Assembly (NCBI GenBank): GCA_035490715.1
Contig: DATJLF010000005.1
Span: 2,208-66,207 of the forward strand
DNA from: Cellvibrio sp.
Lineage (GTDB): Bacteria; Pseudomonadota; Gammaproteobacteria; Pseudomonadales; Cellvibrionaceae
DNA: 64,000 nt
Direction: 5' to 3'
The notes under the pieces are model-generated. The model did not search any database. It saw nothing but the letters and a program-made list of their open reading frames with translations, and was not told where the DNA came from. Shown in pieces: positions 59,551 to 64,000 of this stretch. Each line of letters begins with the position of its first letter. The first letter of the stretch is position 1. A program made the translations under genes and the position numbers.

Positions 59551-60230
59551 TACACTTGTGCCCATTGGCGCAACAAATTATGGTAATGCCCGGTTAAGCC
59601 AACCAGCTCTTCAGTGTCACCCAACTTTTGTCGCAATGATTGAATATTACAATCCAACTCATGCAATAAACTGCGCTGCCAATCGTCACGCACCATACTT
59701 TGCGTCCAGAAAAAACTACACACGCGCTCGCCCGCTGTTACCGGAGCAACCTGATGCAAACTCGTTGATGGATAAAGGATTAAATCACCCGCAGGCAACT
59801 TCACTTCGTGACTGCCGTAAGTGTCCTGGACAATTAATTCACCGCCTTCATATTCTTCCGGTTCGGATAAAAATAATGTGGAAGAAACATCCGTACGTAA
59901 ACTTAAATTACTACCGGGTACGAGACGGATTGCTCCATCAACATGGAAACCATAGTGTTCGCCACCGGCATATGCATTGAACATTGGCGGCACAATGCGT
60001 AGCGGTAAAGCTGCGGACATGAAAAGCGGATTTGAATACAGCGCTTTTAAAATAATTTCACCCAACTCCCGGGCAACCAATCCATCTACCGGTAATTGGC
60101 GATTCTTTTTTACCTGGGCCCCTTGCATTCCCACGGTTGCTTTTCCATCAATCCAATCAGCTTGATCCAAGCGCGAACGAAATTCAGTGACTTGTTGTTT
60201 GCTGAGGATGTCTGGAATATGAATTAACAT
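59550..60230 (-). CDS. piuC: PKHD-type Fe(II)/2-oxoglutarate dioxygenase (PiuC/YbiX)
   Basis: PPMFN.Y...HYGFHVD, YEGGEL and YPSTSLHQV...GER motifs. Confidence 0.92.
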   Translation of the reverse strand: MLIHIPDILSKQQVTEFRSRLDQADWIDGKATVGMQGAQVKKNRQLPVDGLVARELGEIILKALYSNPLFMSAALPLRIVPPMFNAYAGGEHYGFHVDGAIRLVPGSNLSLRTDVSSTLFLSEPEEYEGGELIVQDTYGSHEVKLPAGDLILYPSTSLHQVAPVTAGERVCSFFWTQSMVRDDWQRSLLHELDCNIQSLRQKLGDTEELVGLTGHYHNLLRQWAQV

Positions 60231-60299
60231 AAAGTTCTCACCGGATGAGATTTATCCCACATTAATTTTCTGATTTTATTTTTTGAATCTGCAATGCAT

Positions 60300-60323
60300 A
60301 GGGGCGCGATAAATCGCGCCCCT
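60300..60323. repeat. GC-rich palindrome, REP-like
   Basis: AGGGGCGCGAT-aa-ATCGCGCCCCT, a perfect 11-bp stem between the receptor gene and piuC; no U-tract. Confidence 0.55.
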
Positions 60324-60348
60324 GCAATTTCGCATTTAATCCCAGTGA

Positions 60349-62724
60349 TTAAAATGCGAAGTTAACGCCCAGGCGAGCTGAGCGCTCTGTGCCTAAGAAG
60401 TAACGCGAACCAGCATTGTTTACGCTAGCAGCATATTCTTCATCAGCGAGGTTAAAAATATTCAGCTGAATATTAATGTTTTTGTTGATCGGATATGAAG
60501 CCATAGCATCAAATACCCAGTAATCAGGTACCTCCAACACTGAGCGACGTGAGCGTGCATCCGGATCAGTCAAACTGGAGCTTGCTACTGAGTCCATGTA
60601 ACGCGCACCACCGCCAATCACTACACCATTTTCAAAGGTGTAGCTGTTCCACAATGTGAAAGTAGTTTCCGGTGACCATTGAATAACCCCACCATCTGTA
60701 CTCGCTGCGGTAGTTGCACGATTACCGTGAGTAATTTCTGGATCCATAAACGCCAAACCAGCACTGATTTGCCAGTTTTGGGTCAGGATACCGGCAACAC
60801 CAAATTCCACACCCTCAACCTGACGCTCACCCACAGCCGTAGTAGTGCCGTCTGGATTTGATGCAAATTCATTTTCGTTAGTGCTACGGAATATCGCAGC
60901 AGTTAACGACAACTTATTGTCGAAGACATTCCATTTAGTTCCAATTTCCTGGTTGGTACCTTTCTGTGGATCAACATTTGGCGTATTCGAGTTCGCAGCA
61001 CCACTGGTAGTCAATGAGAAGTTTGCACCACCCGGAGGCAATTGGGATGTTGCGTAAGAGACATAGATAGAGCCATTTTCTGACGGCTTATACACAGTGC
61101 CCAACTTCCAGCTCACCAATTCATCATCCAGTTTTGCCGAACTTCCCAATAAGGTTCCAACAGGAATCAATTGCGGTGCGGGAGCAGTGACTGCTGCCTG
61201 ACGGGTAATGACATCGGTTTTTGTATGGAAGCGTTCAGCACGAACACCGGCACTGACTTCCCAATGCTCATTCAGCGTAATTGTATCCAGTGCATAAAGT
61301 GCATAGGTGATAGTTTCACCATCCGTTTTTGCGCCAGTACGAATCACTGGCTGGAATGTATCGCTGGTGCTTGGGTTGTACAAACTTGCAGGCGCCTGGC
61401 CCGCCGCGGTTGACGAGGTTGGCGATACAAATGGCACTGCCATGGTATATGTCAGCTGGCTCTCGTATACAAATTCAACACCGGAGCTCAAATCATGCTT
61501 AAGACCACCGGTTTCAAAAGCAGCGGTCAAATTCGTTTGATTGGTAAGGATTTGATTGGTTTGGTCACGGCCCTGGCGCGAACGCGCTATGGTCCAGGTG
61601 TCAAGATTGTCTCTGGTTGCAAGCGGCACAGTAATTGCGTTGATACCGGTCAGTACTTGCTCTTGATTGGTGCGGCCGTAGCGAGAAGTATTACGCAGGG
61701 TTACGCCTTCAGCCAAATCGTGTTCAATTCGAACAGTCGCCATATTGGCATTCACGTCATTATGGTCACTGGTGGAACCATAAAAGTTTTCAGTGTCCAC
61801 GGCTTGGGGTTTTTGATTAGCCAAAGGGCCACCAGTTGGATAAGTGGTGCTAGGGCGTGCGTCGAATGCCGCGTTGTAATAACCCGGAAAACCGATTGTT
61901 GGAATACCGCCATCAGGAATACCGGATTGTTTTACCGACAGGATGTTTAAATAAGTGCGGGTTTCAGTTTGCAGCCCCAAGCCTAACGATGCTGCAAAAC
62001 CTTCAAGATTGTTTTCTACTTCGTCACGACCAACTACACCGGAATCCTGCTTCAGTAAATTCACACGAACAGCAGAACTCTCACCCAAGGTGCGGTTTAC
62101 ATCAATGGTGGCGCGCTTGAAATCACCGGAGCCAAAACCTACAGTGCCCGTGGTTGCATCTTCAAGGTTTGCCAATTTACTGCTCAGATTTACATAACCT
62201 GATGCAGCGCCACGGCCGTTGTCCACGCCAGCAGGACCTTTAGCAATTTCTACTTGTTCAGTATTAAACGTGTCGCGGCTAATACTGCCCAAATCGCGAA
62301 TACCATCGACAAAAATGCTGCCTTGGGTATCGAAACCACGCATAAAAATAGAGTCTCCGGTCGCCGTATTGCCATTTTCGCCCATCAACATCGTAATACC
62401 GGGAGTGTTACGCAGGGTTTCACTCAAGGTGGTTGCAGCTTGTTGTTGGAAAAGCTCTTTTTTAACAACTACGATTGTTTGAGGCGTATCAACTAGCGGC
62501 TGGGTAAATTTAGGGGAGCTTGCCTTATCCGCTTTATAGGTAGCTTCAACTGCATCTGTTTCGACTTTTACAGTATCCAACTTTTTAGCATCTTTGACTT
62601 CATCGGCGGCCATAGCGCCAGCAGAAGCCAGTAACATCGCCGAGGAAAGCGCCGTTGCAGTAAATTGCAACGAAGAAGATCGTTTTTTGGAAACGATGTG
62701 CTTTGAAGATTTTTGCATGGTCAT
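60349..62724 (-). CDS. fiu: Fiu/PiuA-type catecholate-siderophore TonB-dependent receptor
   Basis: TonB box DTVKVE; plug GENGNTATGDSIFMRGFD...DGIRDLGSISRDTFNTEQVE; C-terminal Phe. Confidence 0.88.
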   Translation of the reverse strand: MTMQKSSKHIVSKKRSSSLQFTATALSSAMLLASAGAMAADEVKDAKKLDTVKVETDAVEATYKADKASSPKFTQPLVDTPQTIVVVKKELFQQQAATTLSETLRNTPGITMLMGENGNTATGDSIFMRGFDTQGSIFVDGIRDLGSISRDTFNTEQVEIAKGPAGVDNGRGAASGYVNLSSKLANLEDATTGTVGFGSGDFKRATIDVNRTLGESSAVRVNLLKQDSGVVGRDEVENNLEGFAASLGLGLQTETRTYLNILSVKQSGIPDGGIPTIGFPGYYNAAFDARPSTTYPTGGPLANQKPQAVDTENFYGSTSDHNDVNANMATVRIEHDLAEGVTLRNTSRYGRTNQEQVLTGINAITVPLATRDNLDTWTIARSRQGRDQTNQILTNQTNLTAAFETGGLKHDLSSGVEFVYESQLTYTMAVPFVSPTSSTAAGQAPASLYNPSTSDTFQPVIRTGAKTDGETITYALYALDTITLNEHWEVSAGVRAERFHTKTDVITRQAAVTAPAPQLIPVGTLLGSSAKLDDELVSWKLGTVYKPSENGSIYVSYATSQLPPGGANFSLTTSGAANSNTPNVDPQKGTNQEIGTKWNVFDNKLSLTAAIFRSTNENEFASNPDGTTTAVGERQVEGVEFGVAGILTQNWQISAGLAFMDPEITHGNRATTAASTDGGVIQWSPETTFTLWNSYTFENGVVIGGGARYMDSVASSSLTDPDARSRRSVLEVPDYWVFDAMASYPINKNINIQLNIFNLADEEYAASVNNAGSRYFLGTERSARLGVNFAF

Positions 62725-62775
62725 GACTAGCCCTTTTTATTAATAATAGGAATATACAATTAACAATATTTTCAA

Positions 62776-62804
62776 ATTTTATCGATACGCATTACCAAAT
62801 GCAA
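62776..62804 (-). promoter_or_regulatory. Sigma70-type promoter of the receptor operon
   Basis: TTGCAT-N17-TAAAAT on the minus strand. Confidence 0.6.
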
Positions 62805-62821
62805 TGATAACAATTCTTATT
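62803..62821. promoter_or_regulatory. Fur box overlapping the -35 element
   Basis: Minus strand AATAAGAATTGTTATCATT matches AATGATAATCATTATCATT at 15/19. Confidence 0.72.
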
Positions 62822-62945
62822 TGACGCCTTGAACAACTTTTTACGCCTAAAATATGCACTTATGTTAAAAGCTACTGTTATTTGACTTATTGATCATATA
62901 ACTAAAAGCGATTAGTCTTGGCGTGATATATCACCACTTATTCGG

Positions 62946-63743
62946 ATGAGCATAGAACCGATGAGTAAATCCCTAGATTGCTGTACCTGGATTTGCACAT
63001 GGATGTTATTGGCCTACCCACTTTCTGCAAAAGCAGAAAGTGCCTTGAACCCGGCTTCTCCGGCGATAGATAACTCCATCCAAATCCGGATTGGAGCTGA
63101 GGATTCATGGCCACCTTACTCCGATGAGCATGGGCAAGGCATATCTGCTGAATTGGTGAAGGCGGCGTTTGCGAAATCCAACTTAACCCCAACCTTTCGT
63201 GTACTCCCTTATGCAAGGGTTTTGCACGACTTGGGATCTGGAAAGCTGGATGGGGGCTACAACATCACATTGCAGTCCACAACAAGAGATAAATATCTCT
63301 TCGGCAAAATACCGTTATTGAGCGTTGAGTCTTACTGGTATTTCAAGCCAGAAACATTTGCACACATCAAAACTATCGATGATATACCGGCGAAGTTTCG
63401 TGTAGGCATTATCCGCGACTATGAATATGGCGATATATATGAGACACATCGCCATCGCTTTACTGAAATCCAGCTTACCCAACAATCCCAAATCATCCGC
63501 ATGCTTAAACAAGGTCGCATTGATGCAGCAATTATGTTTGACCTTGAAGCAAAATATGCATTAAAGAAAATGGGGCATAATGAAGATGTTTTGGAAAAAA
63601 GATTTCTCAATCATCGCGGGGATGTTTATCTTGCTTTCTCACACAAAAGTCCGCGGGCACTATGGCTTTCGCAAGAATTGGACAAAGGGCTGTTAATGCT
63701 GAAAGAGTCAGGGGAGTATGATCGTATCACTGACACTGAGTGA
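62946..63743 (+). CDS. Stand-alone family-3 type periplasmic substrate-binding protein
   Basis: EDSWPPYS, LPYARV, RVGIIRDYEYG and ML..GRIDA motifs; no permease in the window. Start uncertain. Confidence 0.75.
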   Translation: MSIEPMSKSLDCCTWICTWMLLAYPLSAKAESALNPASPAIDNSIQIRIGAEDSWPPYSDEHGQGISAELVKAAFAKSNLTPTFRVLPYARVLHDLGSGKLDGGYNITLQSTTRDKYLFGKIPLLSVESYWYFKPETFAHIKTIDDIPAKFRVGIIRDYEYGDIYETHRHRFTEIQLTQQSQIIRMLKQGRIDAAIMFDLEAKYALKKMGHNEDVLEKRFLNHRGDVYLAFSHKSPRALWLSQELDKGLLMLKESGEYDRITDTE

Positions 63744-63891
63744 TGCTCAGAAATTTGAGGCAATATATTATCGCGACGGGGATATTTGAAAGACCCTACT
63801 CTGATATGGAATCTATGAGTTGACTCAGTCCATATAGAAACATTCACCACTCCATGACATGAAAAGCGCATTCTGAAAAATATAGAAACTT

Positions 63892-63922
63892 AAAAAAATA
63901 CCGCTTTTAAGCGGTATTTTTT
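63892..63922. terminator. Bidirectional intrinsic terminator
   Basis: AAAAAATACCGC-ttttaa-GCGGTATTTTTT. Confidence 0.8.
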
Positions 63923-63923
63923 A

Positions 63924-64000
63924 TCACATGTATGCATTGGATCGATCTGTATGATCAGTTACATCTCGTATGCCTTTTAATTCGGGCAACTTATCAATTA
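63924..64000 (-). CDS. nfuA: C-terminus of Fe/S biogenesis protein NfuA (truncated by window edge)
   Basis: Reads IDKLPELKGIRDVTDHTDRSNAYM-stop, resembling the NfuA C-terminal PELKGVRD.T.H...AYY; followed by a terminator. Confidence 0.65.
   Translation of the reverse strand, partial: IDKLPELKGIRDVTDHTDRSNAYM

Overview
A 64 kb chromosomal segment from a free-living gammaproteobacterium. Its synteny is Pseudomonas/Cellvibrio-like (rpsP-rimM-trmD-rplS-xerD-dsbC-hom-thrC-recJ, and thrS-infC-rpmI-rplT-pheS-pheT-ihfA-merR-tRNA-Pro); this taxonomy is an inference. Four accessory blocks sit among the housekeeping genes. (1) 1-9244: a CDP-3,6-dideoxyhexose pathway (ddhD/A/B/C) extended by an SDR and a split transketolase, flanked by a GtrB/ArnC-like GT2 and an ArnT-like GT-C membrane protein. 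This is a candidate pathway for a branched sugar transferred via a lipid carrier. (2) 26.8-38.4 kb: a stress/dormancy neighbourhood. It contains ibpA with a sigma32 promoter and a ROSE-like thermometer, an HPF paralogue, SapC, LigD-Ku NHEJ, DUF4142, a 59-aa proline-rich ORF missed by the ORF track, CBS, DUF72 and ybhP-clsB-ybhN, and it ends at tRNA-Pro(GGG). (3) A small secreted protein inserted between rplT and pheS, plus a thrS whose catalytic core looks mosaic. (4) 48.4-62.8 kb: a ten-gene, co-oriented cluster with a Fur box. It links a Fiu/PiuA TonB receptor, PiuC, PepSY/DUF2271/DUF4198, two flavodoxin-reductase modules and a MacAB-TolC-type pump, and is a candidate siderophore import-reduce-re-export system; DUF2271 carries a flavinylation motif but there is no apbE. 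No CRISPR array, prophage, IS or integrase-bearing island was found; xerD is the housekeeping recombinase. All family assignments come from motif recognition by eye, without database searches.
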